Below the pieces are notes generated by a model. The model was not told where the DNA came from. It made no database searches and saw nothing but the letters and a program-made list of their open reading frames with translations. The position numbers and the translations under genes are program-made. A DNA stretch of 64,000 nucleotides from Oligoflexales bacterium. GTDB taxonomy: Bacteria > Bdellovibrionota_B > Oligoflexia > Oligoflexales > Bog-1112. Below, piece by piece: positions 21,379 through 31,455 of this stretch. The stretch is taken from NCBI GenBank assembly GCA_045105515.1, contig JBGCDR010000177.1, forward strand, positions 1 to 64,000. The letters run 5' to 3'. Positions within the stretch are counted from its first letter, which is position 1, and each line of letters starts with the position of its first letter.

Positions 21379-21537
21379 CGATGTACCTTTGGTATTGAAA
21401 AAAGTGTAACTATTAAACGGTATGACACCACCCTCTGTTTCGGATGGATGTTTCTAGAGATTAGATACCCACTTTGGATGAATAGGAATTAGAAGATTAT
21501 ATTTTAATAATATTAAGCGTTTATAAATTAGCTAAGT

Positions 21538-24500
21538 TTATCTTTCAGGTCTATTGCATTGCATGATCATCCTAAGTAGGTCATCTTGCCGGTGTTCGTT
21601 TGATTCTTCTAGATGTCCAGAGGTTGCGTGTTCCATATGGCCTGCGATATTGTGATGAACTGGCTTAGCTGGAAAAAGTCCAAAAAAGCGGTGTTTTGTA
21701 ATTTTTTTAACGAATTTTTTTGCATCATTTTTTAGATGATTCATAGATATGAGTCTTCGACTTCTACGTTCAAGAGTATCTAGCTGATTGATGCGCTTGT
21801 CTGCATATACATTCCCCAGCACTCTTCTTTGATGTTCACTTTCAAGCTTCTGTCTTTCATTAGCTATGTCATCTATAAGCTGATTGATAATGTGCCATCT
21901 ATTAGTGATTTCTTTTCTTGGGTCAGTTAGGTTTATTTGACGTTTGTATCGTTCTGCCAATAGAGTGTATCGCTGGTTAATATCTCTCTTTTTTTCTGGA
22001 ATTGCTCGGTAAATCTTGAGTATCGCATCATCGGGAAACTCTTGTTTTTCCAGATCAATTAGGTCTAGAAGACGGTTTTTTGCAGCTAAAAGCTTACTCC
22101 TTAGGTTTATCTTCTTCTCCCTTAAATTAGTATCTCCAAAAGTTAGGAGGTCGTCGGCTCCTTCGAAAAGAGGATCTTCGTCAAGATCAATCAGCGCAGC
22201 GTCAATATCATAAATTGCTGACCTAATATTTTTGTATACGTCATTAATATGTGCATCCCGTGAATTATATCCTATATCTAGATAGCGAATACCTCGCTCG
22301 TCAGCCTTTGAATTTGTGTATAAAGCTTCAAGCCTGTTAGCATACTCTAGAGGGTCTATATAAGCGTTACTTTCAGTCCTTATAATTAGATTTCGACAAC
22401 TTCCATCAAGCATAAGATGAACAGCAGATACTCCATGAAGACCATGTTTGCCGACAAATTTAATCAAAATATTTGCCATTTCGTTATGACCTTTATCCTC
22501 TAACTCAGAAATAAGATTTGTCAGTACGGGTTTGCCAATTCCTGAAGCTCGTGCAGCCGTCTCAATGGTCATTTGTTTAATCTCGGAAAACATGTCCAAA
22601 TCTCGGGATGTAAGCTCTCTTTCTAGTAGGATATCTCGTGACTGTTTGTGTCCTTTACTCTGCTTAGGGAAGTGTGAAACATTTGCATGAAACATTGAAT
22701 TTATTTGGTCGATAATCTGATTATGTTGTTTGCCTGTTATTTTGTCGTCAGAAATTCTGGCTCTTAGGATAACTCCCTTAAACCTCCAAATATAACCATC
22801 GTCATTTGGATATTCATCTCCATCGACCATATTTTGGTCTTCTTTTGATGATTTAATAAAAATTCGTTTGACTGTTGCATAGGCACCATTAGTTCTAGTT
22901 CCGTTTCGTCCTTGACTAATTTCTGTTTGTACATGCTTGGTTTCCCTTGAAACAGCAATATCAGCGTTAGTTGATATTACTTTTGCTTGGCCATGTAGGT
23001 ACTCATAAGAAAGTCCTGCCCAATGTTTTGAATCGATGCAGGGGACTTTAGCTACCCCAGCATAGAATTTTTTTGCTGGAACATCTATTTTCTCCAAATA
23101 AGTTAGCAAGATTCCTTTTTTTCCTAAGGCTTCACGTTGAATAATTGCAATATCAAGAAGATTCTCGGCCTCTCTTCGTCCTACTATATTTGCAGTTATC
23201 GAGAAATCTAAAGGAAGGACTCCTCCGTTCATAAATAGCATATAGGTATCAACAGCTTTTTGATTGTCGAGATCGAAAACAAAAGTTTGTCGCATTGCAA
23301 GTGCGATTGTGGAGGCTTGGGAAAGTTGTGGGCCAACTGCATTGATGGTCGAAATGAATGCTCCTAGTTCCGTGATTTCCTCGGGCCTTAAGGTGACTTC
23401 AAGTTTGTTCGCTGGCAGCTTACGTATGCCTACTTCGAAAGAGCCAGAAACTGTTCCACTAATCCCTACTTTGGCATCCAATCCAGGAATTGAGTGGACA
23501 CCCATTACTATACTTCCATTAAAGGTCTTTTCAACGGTTGTGATGACTTCTTCCCCCATGTGCCATTTGTGAGGTTTAAGGATGTCAGGAAACTTTTTGG
23601 TGTCAAATTTTTCAGGTACTCTTAAAAGAGCGATTTTATCTCCACTACCGTCCTTGAGTAATTCTTTCGCTCTATCAAGATGGGTATAAAATCTATGGAT
23701 ACTCTTGGACCCCTTGCTTACCCCTGCTCTAAATCCCATACCAACTCCGCTAGCAAAAGCGCCACCCTGCAGGCGAAAACCTTTGCTGTCGGTATCTATT
23801 ACTTCAATGAAATGCTTGTTGCGGAAGTAGTTTTTCTCTGCCAAGAATTTTTCAATCGTATAATCGACTGACTTGATTTCATGCTCCAGACGATTTACTT
23901 CATCATCCATGTATTTGACTCGTTCGCCGTTGTTGGCAAGTTTAAGTAATTCCAGAAGCCTTCTGGTCACCTTTAGCTCGTTTTTAAAAAAGTTTCTTTG
24001 CAGAGAATACTGGGCGACAAAATCATCAACCAGGCCATCAAAATTGCCTTCATATTTATGGAGATAGGATGTAATACGATCTTTTGAAAGTGTGATGACT
24101 CCACCTGTGCCGACTTGGTTCCCATTAGCAAAAACGGCGTTCAGAGACGCGCCAAACTGGACATAACTTTTCCAACCAGCAACAAAAGTGCCTACTCCCA
24201 AGGCAGATAAACCTAGCTGCTGCTCTTCCATATTGTAAAGGCTTGTATAACCAAGACCTGTCCAGCCATTTAAAATATTAAACCATAGAGAATGACTGGC
24301 TTGGCCATCTGTAATTCCTGCAGAAGCACCAGTTCCTCTGCCACTTGTATTGAGGCCTCCAGATAAACTTCTCTGATGTTCTTCACTAAAGTAGTTGGCA
24401 CTTATGCCTGCAGCCATTGAAGATAGGGAGAATGAATAGCCATAAGCATTTGTAGGATTTACAGCTGGCCCACTTCCTGAGGCTAAAGGATTGATCCAAG

Positions 24501-25263
24501 TAAGGTGTCCCATTAATTCTAGCCATTTGGTGAGAGGTGCTAGAGATGGATCGTTCGGATGGAAAGCCTCATTTCCGTATGGTCTAGCAATAAGGGAGGC
24601 TGGATATCGACCAATGACAATATCTTCGCCTCGGCGTAGGCCAAACTTCATTTGAATAGTAGAGGATTCCCCATCTTTGAAAGATTTAACTCTGTATAAT
24701 ATAGCACCAGCGCCACTTGGAGATAACAGTCCTCGATCCATGGCTTCGTCTAAGGTGAGTAATCTCTCTTGACCCTTGATCCCAACCACATAGTTTTTCA
24801 TATCCTCTATGCACTGACCTTTTGCACTATATAGATTATGAAGAATTTCATTTCTCACATTTTCATTAGGTTCATCGAGAGGTATGTAAACATCGGGATC
24901 TGAAAGAGTGATGTTTGGTAGTCTATTTTCAGTATTTGGTCCAAATACAGGCACATGGATTGAGTCTTCTTCAGAATCATCACTGTCACTGCCTCTTTGG
25001 ATGGAATGATAATCATGCTTCTCCTCCTCCAAGGGACTATCATCAAAAACATCCTGTATATCTTCTCCTTCTTCATTAAATGAAATATCTGAAAGAGACC
25101 GTTCTGATTCAGAATCAAACAGTTCGTCTTCTTCTTCTTGTTCGAGAATCAAATCGGTTAGTATTTTGTTTTTTGGGATACTGTAACAGAAAGTAGAATC
25201 AAGAATAAAAAACAATATTAAAAAATTTCTGCTGTGCTCAAATTTTTTAATTTTCATAAGCAT
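21538..25263 (-). CDS. Large hypothetical exported protein (acidic N-terminus, Gly-rich beta region, helical C-terminus)
   Basis: 1241-aa uninterrupted ORF with AGG RBS and a signal-peptide-like N-terminus; no recognised family. Confidence 0.8.
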   Translation of the reverse strand: MLMKIKKFEHSRNFLILFFILDSTFCYSIPKNKILTDLILEQEEEDELFDSESERSLSDISFNEEGEDIQDVFDDSPLEEEKHDYHSIQRGSDSDDSEEDSIHVPVFGPNTENRLPNITLSDPDVYIPLDEPNENVRNEILHNLYSAKGQCIEDMKNYVVGIKGQERLLTLDEAMDRGLLSPSGAGAILYRVKSFKDGESSTIQMKFGLRRGEDIVIGRYPASLIARPYGNEAFHPNDPSLAPLTKWLELMGHLTWINPLASGSGPAVNPTNAYGYSFSLSSMAAGISANYFSEEHQRSLSGGLNTSGRGTGASAGITDGQASHSLWFNILNGWTGLGYTSLYNMEEQQLGLSALGVGTFVAGWKSYVQFGASLNAVFANGNQVGTGGVITLSKDRITSYLHKYEGNFDGLVDDFVAQYSLQRNFFKNELKVTRRLLELLKLANNGERVKYMDDEVNRLEHEIKSVDYTIEKFLAEKNYFRNKHFIEVIDTDSKGFRLQGGAFASGVGMGFRAGVSKGSKSIHRFYTHLDRAKELLKDGSGDKIALLRVPEKFDTKKFPDILKPHKWHMGEEVITTVEKTFNGSIVMGVHSIPGLDAKVGISGTVSGSFEVGIRKLPANKLEVTLRPEEITELGAFISTINAVGPQLSQASTIALAMRQTFVFDLDNQKAVDTYMLFMNGGVLPLDFSITANIVGRREAENLLDIAIIQREALGKKGILLTYLEKIDVPAKKFYAGVAKVPCIDSKHWAGLSYEYLHGQAKVISTNADIAVSRETKHVQTEISQGRNGTRTNGAYATVKRIFIKSSKEDQNMVDGDEYPNDDGYIWRFKGVILRARISDDKITGKQHNQIIDQINSMFHANVSHFPKQSKGHKQSRDILLERELTSRDLDMFSEIKQMTIETAARASGIGKPVLTNLISELEDKGHNEMANILIKFVGKHGLHGVSAVHLMLDGSCRNLIIRTESNAYIDPLEYANRLEALYTNSKADERGIRYLDIGYNSRDAHINDVYKNIRSAIYDIDAALIDLDEDPLFEGADDLLTFGDTNLREKKINLRSKLLAAKNRLLDLIDLEKQEFPDDAILKIYRAIPEKKRDINQRYTLLAERYKRQINLTDPRKEITNRWHIINQLIDDIANERQKLESEHQRRVLGNVYADKRINQLDTLERRSRRLISMNHLKNDAKKFVKKITKHRFFGLFPAKPVHHNIAGHMEHATSGHLEESNEHRQDDLLRMIMQCNRPER

Positions 25264-25749
25264 CCCTAATAAAAAATAAGCAGTTTGTTTTTTAGCTAAC
25301 TGATAGAGCTAAGCTATTTTAGCGCCTATTATTGGCCATTTTTAGCCTAGATAGGCCAATTCGTAAAGTGATGGTTTATAGTTTGATCAGAGTATTAACT
25401 TTACATTCATTTAATACTCACTGTTTAACCATGAAAAAATATTGGTATCTTAAAAGAAAATAGGAAGGTTTTTAAATAACTAAAAATCGTATAATAGGTT
25501 TAAATTTTATCTGATAAAAACTGGAATAAAAAAATTTATTAACTTATTTGGGTAACAGTGGATAATAACTTTTATCTTTGAATATTAGAAGAAATGCTTA
25601 TAAAGCATAAATGATTATAAGTATATTGACAGTAGAATATTTAGTAACTACCTTGGTCAATCGATGCTTTGCTTGTCGGTTGTTTATTACTATTGTTTAC
25701 ATAGACTCAGATGCATACCACCTTAATAGATTGGACGAGATCCACAAAT

Positions 25750-27519
25750 ATGAAAAAGTCACAACCTATATACGTTTTACTAAGCACTTGTTGGCTGATG
25801 GCAACTGTAATGCTCTTAACTTTAAGTTCATCTATATCAGGGTTTTTTACAAGGAAGCAAGAGTTTAATTTCTATTTGAATGCATTAGAGAGATTAAATG
25901 CGGCTGTAACCTCGCTAGAGACGCGAAATTTACAAGTTTTTTTAGCTGAAATAATTAAAAATACTGTGGTTTTAGATTCATCAATCGTAATCATGATGAT
26001 TTTTTTTAATGTCCTTGTATTAATTGGTTTAAGTTATGTTATATATAATTTCTTCTATCATAAACAATATCAGTTAGAGATAGCGATCCCTAATATTGAT
26101 GAAATGCTTCAAAGCAAAGAAATTGGTATTAATAACGAAGATTATAGTAAGCAAAAACAATTTACAACAGCTATCAATGACTTAAAAAATGCAACGGATG
26201 CTTTAGCGAAAATGGTCGGAAAAGGATCAATTGCTGAAATTGAAGGAGATCTAGCTAGGTTTGAATTGCACTATAATCGAATTATACAGATTGCAGCTTC
26301 AGGCAATCTCATTTGCAATGAAATTAAGGGAATTCATAAATCCCTATCAAAAGTGAGTCAACGCTTACAACGCTTGGCACATCAGTGTAGAGGCAGTGCT
26401 AATTTTTCTGCGACAACACAACTAGAGTGGAAGCGAAATATCATGATTAATAATTTAAGGCAGGTCAAAGAAAGTCATGATAAAGTGCAGGATACTGCTA
26501 ATCATATTTGCTCTATTCACAAGGCTAGCCAGAGGTTGATTAGGGAAATATTTGAGGTAGAAAAAATTTATAATGAGAGAAACCAGAAGGTCTCAGTTCA
26601 TCTTGCGACAATTCAAGAAGGATCAAAATCAGGCTTTAAAGAAGTTGACCATATGGTTACTTCAGTAAGTAATATGAAAGATCTTGCTACCGGTGCAAGC
26701 AATCTGGTAAGCGGGTTAACGCAAAGATCTGAGGCAATAATGAGTCTTGTCCATATCATTGGAGATTTAGCAGAACAGATTAATTTACAAGCTTTAAATG
26801 CATCAGTAGAAGCTGCAAAGCTTGGAAATCAAGGTATTGGCTTTGCTGAAATTGCAGAAAGATTATGTAAGCTTACTTCCAGATCTAGTGTTAATTGTCA
26901 ATCCATCACTGAGCTTCTGTCCACTATTCAAGATGAAACCAATAAAGCAGGGTCACAGCTAGGACTGGTTTGCGAGGCGATTGAGCAAGCTTTTGCATCT
27001 GTGAGTCAATGTGGCAATACTTATAGAAAGGCTGTATCGGAGACAAAATACGCGGCATCTGAGTTGCACTTGCTTGAAAATGAGTTTACAATTCATTTAA
27101 ATAAGCTTCAGGAAGTCAATAAAATGGGCGATCATTCAACAAAATTTTTTGAAAAGCTGACTCACTTACTCGCTAGTGATGATAAAATGAGCAATCGTAT
27201 CAATGAAGAAACCAACAAGCTTACAGCACATTCTGATCGTCTATCCACACTGTTGGCTAAACAATTCCATGAGCTTAACCATTGTGAAAAGATGTTGCTA
27301 GATGGAATGCACTTGATGCATGAGCTTGAAAATCAAGCTGCGGAAAATAAGCATGCAACATTAAGTCTGAGAGCAGCATTGGAGGAGATTGATACTAGTG
27401 AAAGTGCAATTCCACTTGATGATAAAAGCCAAAGAATTGCTAGTAGACATCTTACCTTACTGAAAAATTCTACAGAAACTCTAGAACACTTGCGTCTTCC
27501 TCCGCAAGTTTTGAATTGA
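25750..27519 (+). CDS. Divergent methyl-accepting chemotaxis-like protein
   Basis: Two TM segments, long coiled coil, hairpin-tip motif IGDLAEQINLQALNASVEAAKLGNQGIGFAEIAE. Confidence 0.8.
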   Translation: MKKSQPIYVLLSTCWLMATVMLLTLSSSISGFFTRKQEFNFYLNALERLNAAVTSLETRNLQVFLAEIIKNTVVLDSSIVIMMIFFNVLVLIGLSYVIYNFFYHKQYQLEIAIPNIDEMLQSKEIGINNEDYSKQKQFTTAINDLKNATDALAKMVGKGSIAEIEGDLARFELHYNRIIQIAASGNLICNEIKGIHKSLSKVSQRLQRLAHQCRGSANFSATTQLEWKRNIMINNLRQVKESHDKVQDTANHICSIHKASQRLIREIFEVEKIYNERNQKVSVHLATIQEGSKSGFKEVDHMVTSVSNMKDLATGASNLVSGLTQRSEAIMSLVHIIGDLAEQINLQALNASVEAAKLGNQGIGFAEIAERLCKLTSRSSVNCQSITELLSTIQDETNKAGSQLGLVCEAIEQAFASVSQCGNTYRKAVSETKYAASELHLLENEFTIHLNKLQEVNKMGDHSTKFFEKLTHLLASDDKMSNRINEETNKLTAHSDRLSTLLAKQFHELNHCEKMLLDGMHLMHELENQAAENKHATLSLRAALEEIDTSESAIPLDDKSQRIASRHLTLLKNSTETLEHLRLPPQVLN

Positions 27520-27531
27520 TGGGGAGCTTTT

Positions 27532-28101
27532 ATGAGTAGATTTATATCCTCAACAAAAGAGCCTTTAGTTGGATTAGATGAGCCCGTAAACAGTGAAAAA
27601 GATCTAAATACACATCCTTATGCTAGGGTCGGGACTACAAACTTGGGTTGGAGGGTGTTTGGTTTTGGTTCTTTACTTTGCTTACTAATTTTAGGAATGT
27701 TTTCTCTAGGATTTATTGTAGGACAAGGGTGGGAGCATAGAAGAGCAGACTTATTTTGGATGAAAATCAATCAGAATCTTGGGGAGCAGGTGCAAAAAAT
27801 AGCTCAAAAGGAAGCTGCCGAACTTCAGGTTTCTCACCAAGAAAACCCTCATAAGGTGCTAAGGGAGCTGAAAGCTGGCTTAGTGCAAATGCATGAGTTG
27901 GGAGAGGAACTTAAATTGAAAATAATCGACACACATAGTTTATATGCTGGTATGGTAGGTCTGCCTGAACAGTTAAAAGGCTTAGAAGAGTTGATTAAGC
28001 AGTGGGAAGCTAGCAAGATTAGTTTAGTAGAAGATCTTTGCCCTGCATCAGAAAACCTTCCAAGAATGCTTCCTGCAAACGTGAAAACCGCTACAAAATA
28101 G
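27532..28101 (+). CDS. Hypothetical single-TM coiled-coil protein
   Basis: GGGGAG RBS, one TM helix (FGSLLCLLILGMFSLGFIVG), helical C-terminus; 12 nt after the MCP gene. Confidence 0.7.
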   Translation: MSRFISSTKEPLVGLDEPVNSEKDLNTHPYARVGTTNLGWRVFGFGSLLCLLILGMFSLGFIVGQGWEHRRADLFWMKINQNLGEQVQKIAQKEAAELQVSHQENPHKVLRELKAGLVQMHELGEELKLKIIDTHSLYAGMVGLPEQLKGLEELIKQWEASKISLVEDLCPASENLPRMLPANVKTATK

Positions 28102-28108
28102 GTCCTTT

Positions 28109-29383
28109 ATGGCTACAATGGATCACCCACCTTTACGAGGTGTCACCATTAAAAAGAAGGTGCTAATAACTCAGCAGATGGTGTCTAGTAAATATTTTAT
28201 CCTTGAAAATTTCAGCGGAATTCTCAGGCGAGGCAAAGAGTCTGTACTCCTTTTGTTATCAGCTTGTTTAGTTGCTAATGTTTGCTTGGCAAGAGGAAAT
28301 AGACTTTTTGTTGGCAAAGAAACCCAAAAAAAAGTCTGGTTTTGGGAGCAGATATTTGGTTCTTATAGCAGCGATTATGCTTTGATACATGACCTCAATA
28401 AACCTCATTTAATAATAGATGTTATTCATTACAATGTGCGTACGGCTCATGATAGAGATGCTCAAAACCAAAAAATTAAACAATATCTAGAAAGATATAA
28501 GCTTGGTATCGAACGATTCAAGAATCTTCAAAAAAAAGCTATTTTGAAAGGTAGTATAGAGAAAAGGCTGTATGAAGTATATGGGCAGGATCGAGAAAGA
28601 CTATCAAATCTTTTTGCTGGTAAGGTTAAAGTCCGCTCACAAATTGGACTGTCTGATCGTTTTTCTGAAGCTACTAAAATTGCGGAGAATTATCTTCCGT
28701 ACATGGAAAAGATTTTTGTCTCTGAAGGACTGCCTAAGGAATTGACCCGGATTGCCTTTGTTGAATCAATGTTCCAAGTGAATGCGCTTTCTAAAGTAGG
28801 GGCTAGAGGAGTTTGGCAATTGATGCCAGGTACTGCTCGTAAATATATTACTGTGAATAGGTTTATAGATGAACGTAGTTCACCTATTAAAGCAACTGTT
28901 GCGGCAGCTAAATTCTTGCGTAGCAATTATGAGAAGCTAAAAAGCTTGCCTCTGGCGGTTGCTTCATACAATCATGGTGTTTACGGAATTCTGAGGGCTG
29001 TAAAAGCAACAGGTAGCAAAAACCTAGATGTAATAGTTAGAAATTACGAGTCTCCAAGCTTTAAATTTGCGAGTAAAAATTTTTATGCAGAATTTATTGC
29101 AGCAAAAAACATTTATGCAAGTAAATTTCTGAGCGGACCTCATTTTCAAGATAATCCTCTTGAGATTGTTGAGGTGGATTTGCCAAACAAGCTAGCTGTT
29201 TCGCAGTTGATTCGTTATACGCCTCTCACAGAAACCTTAATAAAACGTTTGAATCCATGTCTTCAGCCATTAGCCTTTCGAAAAAAATATAGAACATCTC
29301 CGTTACTCAATGGTTACTCTATTTTTGTACCTTCTAGAATAGCAATTCAGGTTAAATCGAAGCTAAAACATATTAAACTATAG
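28109..29383 (+). CDS. Lytic murein transglycosylase (SLT domain, MltD-like)
   Basis: GLP.EL..IAFVES.F...A.SKVGARGVWQLMP.TAR, DER..P...T.AAA, LAVASYNHG, FASKNFYAEF. Confidence 0.92.
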   Translation: MATMDHPPLRGVTIKKKVLITQQMVSSKYFILENFSGILRRGKESVLLLLSACLVANVCLARGNRLFVGKETQKKVWFWEQIFGSYSSDYALIHDLNKPHLIIDVIHYNVRTAHDRDAQNQKIKQYLERYKLGIERFKNLQKKAILKGSIEKRLYEVYGQDRERLSNLFAGKVKVRSQIGLSDRFSEATKIAENYLPYMEKIFVSEGLPKELTRIAFVESMFQVNALSKVGARGVWQLMPGTARKYITVNRFIDERSSPIKATVAAAKFLRSNYEKLKSLPLAVASYNHGVYGILRAVKATGSKNLDVIVRNYESPSFKFASKNFYAEFIAAKNIYASKFLSGPHFQDNPLEIVEVDLPNKLAVSQLIRYTPLTETLIKRLNPCLQPLAFRKKYRTSPLLNGYSIFVPSRIAIQVKSKLKHIKL

Positions 29384-29413
29384 GCTTGAAATGTCTATTA
29401 AATACTAATTATT

Positions 29414-31252
29414 CTATGAATTTAAGAGTTCACGAATACAATCTATATAAGCTTGCTGGAGTAGCTGTATGTCCCTTAAAGAGAATAGTTTCTCAGATTT
29501 TTCCTGGGTATTGTTATAATATTTAATGCGTGTATTCAAATTTTCAAGGGAGTGATATACTTCGAATGCATTGCTTAGTCCAATGTTTTCAAAACGAGCA
29601 ATTATCTTCTCTTTTGTTTGTGGTTTTTTCCAACCCTTCAGTAGCATGAACTTGCTTACAAAGCGCTCGAAGCCTAAATTTACCGAGTATTTATCTCGGT
29701 CTAAGTAAAGATCAATATGATCTATGCCTTCGTGATCATTGAAATTGATAATTTCTATTTTTAAATCAGATTTAGATTCTTGTTGCTTTCCTTTCTTTTG
29801 GCGTTTATTTCTATCTCGGGCATTTTGATGTACGATTTTTTCAGCATAAAAATAGAGTTCACTTTTTCCAGCATTTCGAAAAGCCTCTACGAGTTGAGCT
29901 CTTTGATCTTTGGTGAAATCATCATTTAAATAGACCGACTTAACAGTTGCTTCATCAATTTTTCTTAGGATATTGAAAACAGATGGTTCCGCGTGACTGA
30001 GATGTTGTAGCAACCATTTGTAGTAATTAGGGTCATTTTGAAGTTGCTCAGGGTCCCTTATTTCATTGGTGTATAGAGATTCTTTAAATATTTTCCACAT
30101 TTTGACAGTGTGGGCCCAATCGCAGAGGAGTTTTCTGAATCTATCGAGGACTTTATGTTTTTTGAAGACAAATTCTCTATGTTTTGTGAAGCTGAGGTCC
30201 AGATTAGGGTTTTTTACGAAATTATAAACACCTTCATAAAATTCGTTGTTTGCTTGTTTGATGGATTCTCGTTGTTCACCAGTGAAGTAGGGAGCGTACT
30301 CTAATCCCATGATTGGCAAAATAGAACGGTCGCTATTTGAGTAGAATCGCCTTTCTCCCCACCATTCAGAATAAACCGATGCTCGTGCAAGTTTGTCGAT
30401 TAGCCCAAGCTCTTTGGTTGATAAAAATTTTCCTTTAACTTCTGCATAGGCACTTACATAGCTTGATAGAGGTTTTGTTTGATTGAAAAATAGTATTTGA
30501 TGATCGTAAAACCCTTGTAAGCTGTTAGGGTTTTCGATACCTGCAATAATTAGGTTAACCGTTTCTTTTATGGCATCTACATCATATAAATGGCCCCTAA
30601 TTTCAATATCATACTGTGATCCATCGCCTCTATAAGTTTCATCATCGACCAAATCGTCTGTTGTTAATCTAACGGCTCCTCTAAGTGATGTGTAATGAGG
30701 AGGGTTGCGAACTTGGGTTCTTTTCTTGAGGGCTGTGAATCGTGAGGTTTTTTCAAATCTCCAACCCACAACTAAATCTGTCAATCTTGAGACCCAAGCA
30801 GTAAATTCTCTGTGAGACAGAGCAATTTTACTCTTATCAAAACGAAAGTGTAAATGAACACTTGCTACTTTACTTCCTTTGGTTCTCCACTCGTGTTTTT
30901 CTAAACCATTATTATCAGCGTGTATTCCATCTATGGTTTCATGCATCTGACTGATGACTTTGTTAAGGTCACCTCTTGTAACATAAGAGTGAATCTCAAT
31001 ATTTCCGGATTGTTCGATGCTGCCATAAGGACGGAGAAAAGGGTAATTTTCTACATTGACTTCCGGTTTTGTAAGTTCCTCGAAATTATATTTAGTTTGC
31101 TTGCGATTAGCAAAAGTTACAACTTGATTTTTCCTAATATCTTTCCCAGCAGAAAATTCTAACTCCCAACCAAAAGTATAATCATTTAGCTCAGCGAGGC
31201 AATTGGTGCCAAAAAATAAGATTAAATAGCAAAGTAATATACTTATTTTCAT
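29414..31252 (-). CDS. Exported protein with amidoligase / carboxylate-amine ligase-like motifs
   Basis: Signal peptide MKISILLCYLILFFGTNCLA, then ordered motifs TFGWELEF, NIEIHS, SVHLHF, DIEIRG. Confidence 0.6.
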   Translation of the reverse strand: MKISILLCYLILFFGTNCLAELNDYTFGWELEFSAGKDIRKNQVVTFANRKQTKYNFEELTKPEVNVENYPFLRPYGSIEQSGNIEIHSYVTRGDLNKVISQMHETIDGIHADNNGLEKHEWRTKGSKVASVHLHFRFDKSKIALSHREFTAWVSRLTDLVVGWRFEKTSRFTALKKRTQVRNPPHYTSLRGAVRLTTDDLVDDETYRGDGSQYDIEIRGHLYDVDAIKETVNLIIAGIENPNSLQGFYDHQILFFNQTKPLSSYVSAYAEVKGKFLSTKELGLIDKLARASVYSEWWGERRFYSNSDRSILPIMGLEYAPYFTGEQRESIKQANNEFYEGVYNFVKNPNLDLSFTKHREFVFKKHKVLDRFRKLLCDWAHTVKMWKIFKESLYTNEIRDPEQLQNDPNYYKWLLQHLSHAEPSVFNILRKIDEATVKSVYLNDDFTKDQRAQLVEAFRNAGKSELYFYAEKIVHQNARDRNKRQKKGKQQESKSDLKIEIINFNDHEGIDHIDLYLDRDKYSVNLGFERFVSKFMLLKGWKKPQTKEKIIARFENIGLSNAFEVYHSLENLNTRIKYYNNTQEKSEKLFSLRDIQLLQQAYIDCIRELLNS

Positions 31253-31455
31253 GTTCTTATCCTGCCTTTCTAATACATTAATATTCGTTATTTAGATGGT
31301 AATTTGCCTCCACATAAATAACAAAGAGGTTTATACTTCTCAAGTTATTTAAATTTATTAAAAGCCTTACTAGTAATGACCTGGATCCTCAATTATTGGA
31401 TAATAAATGATAGGATTTATTTGTACCTTAGATTCTATAAGCTCTTAAAGGATAG

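Noticed and set aside
25380..25700. AT-rich spacer as a possible replication origin
   Set aside because: No cluster of DnaA boxes and no oriC-linked genes; consistent with a divergent promoter region.
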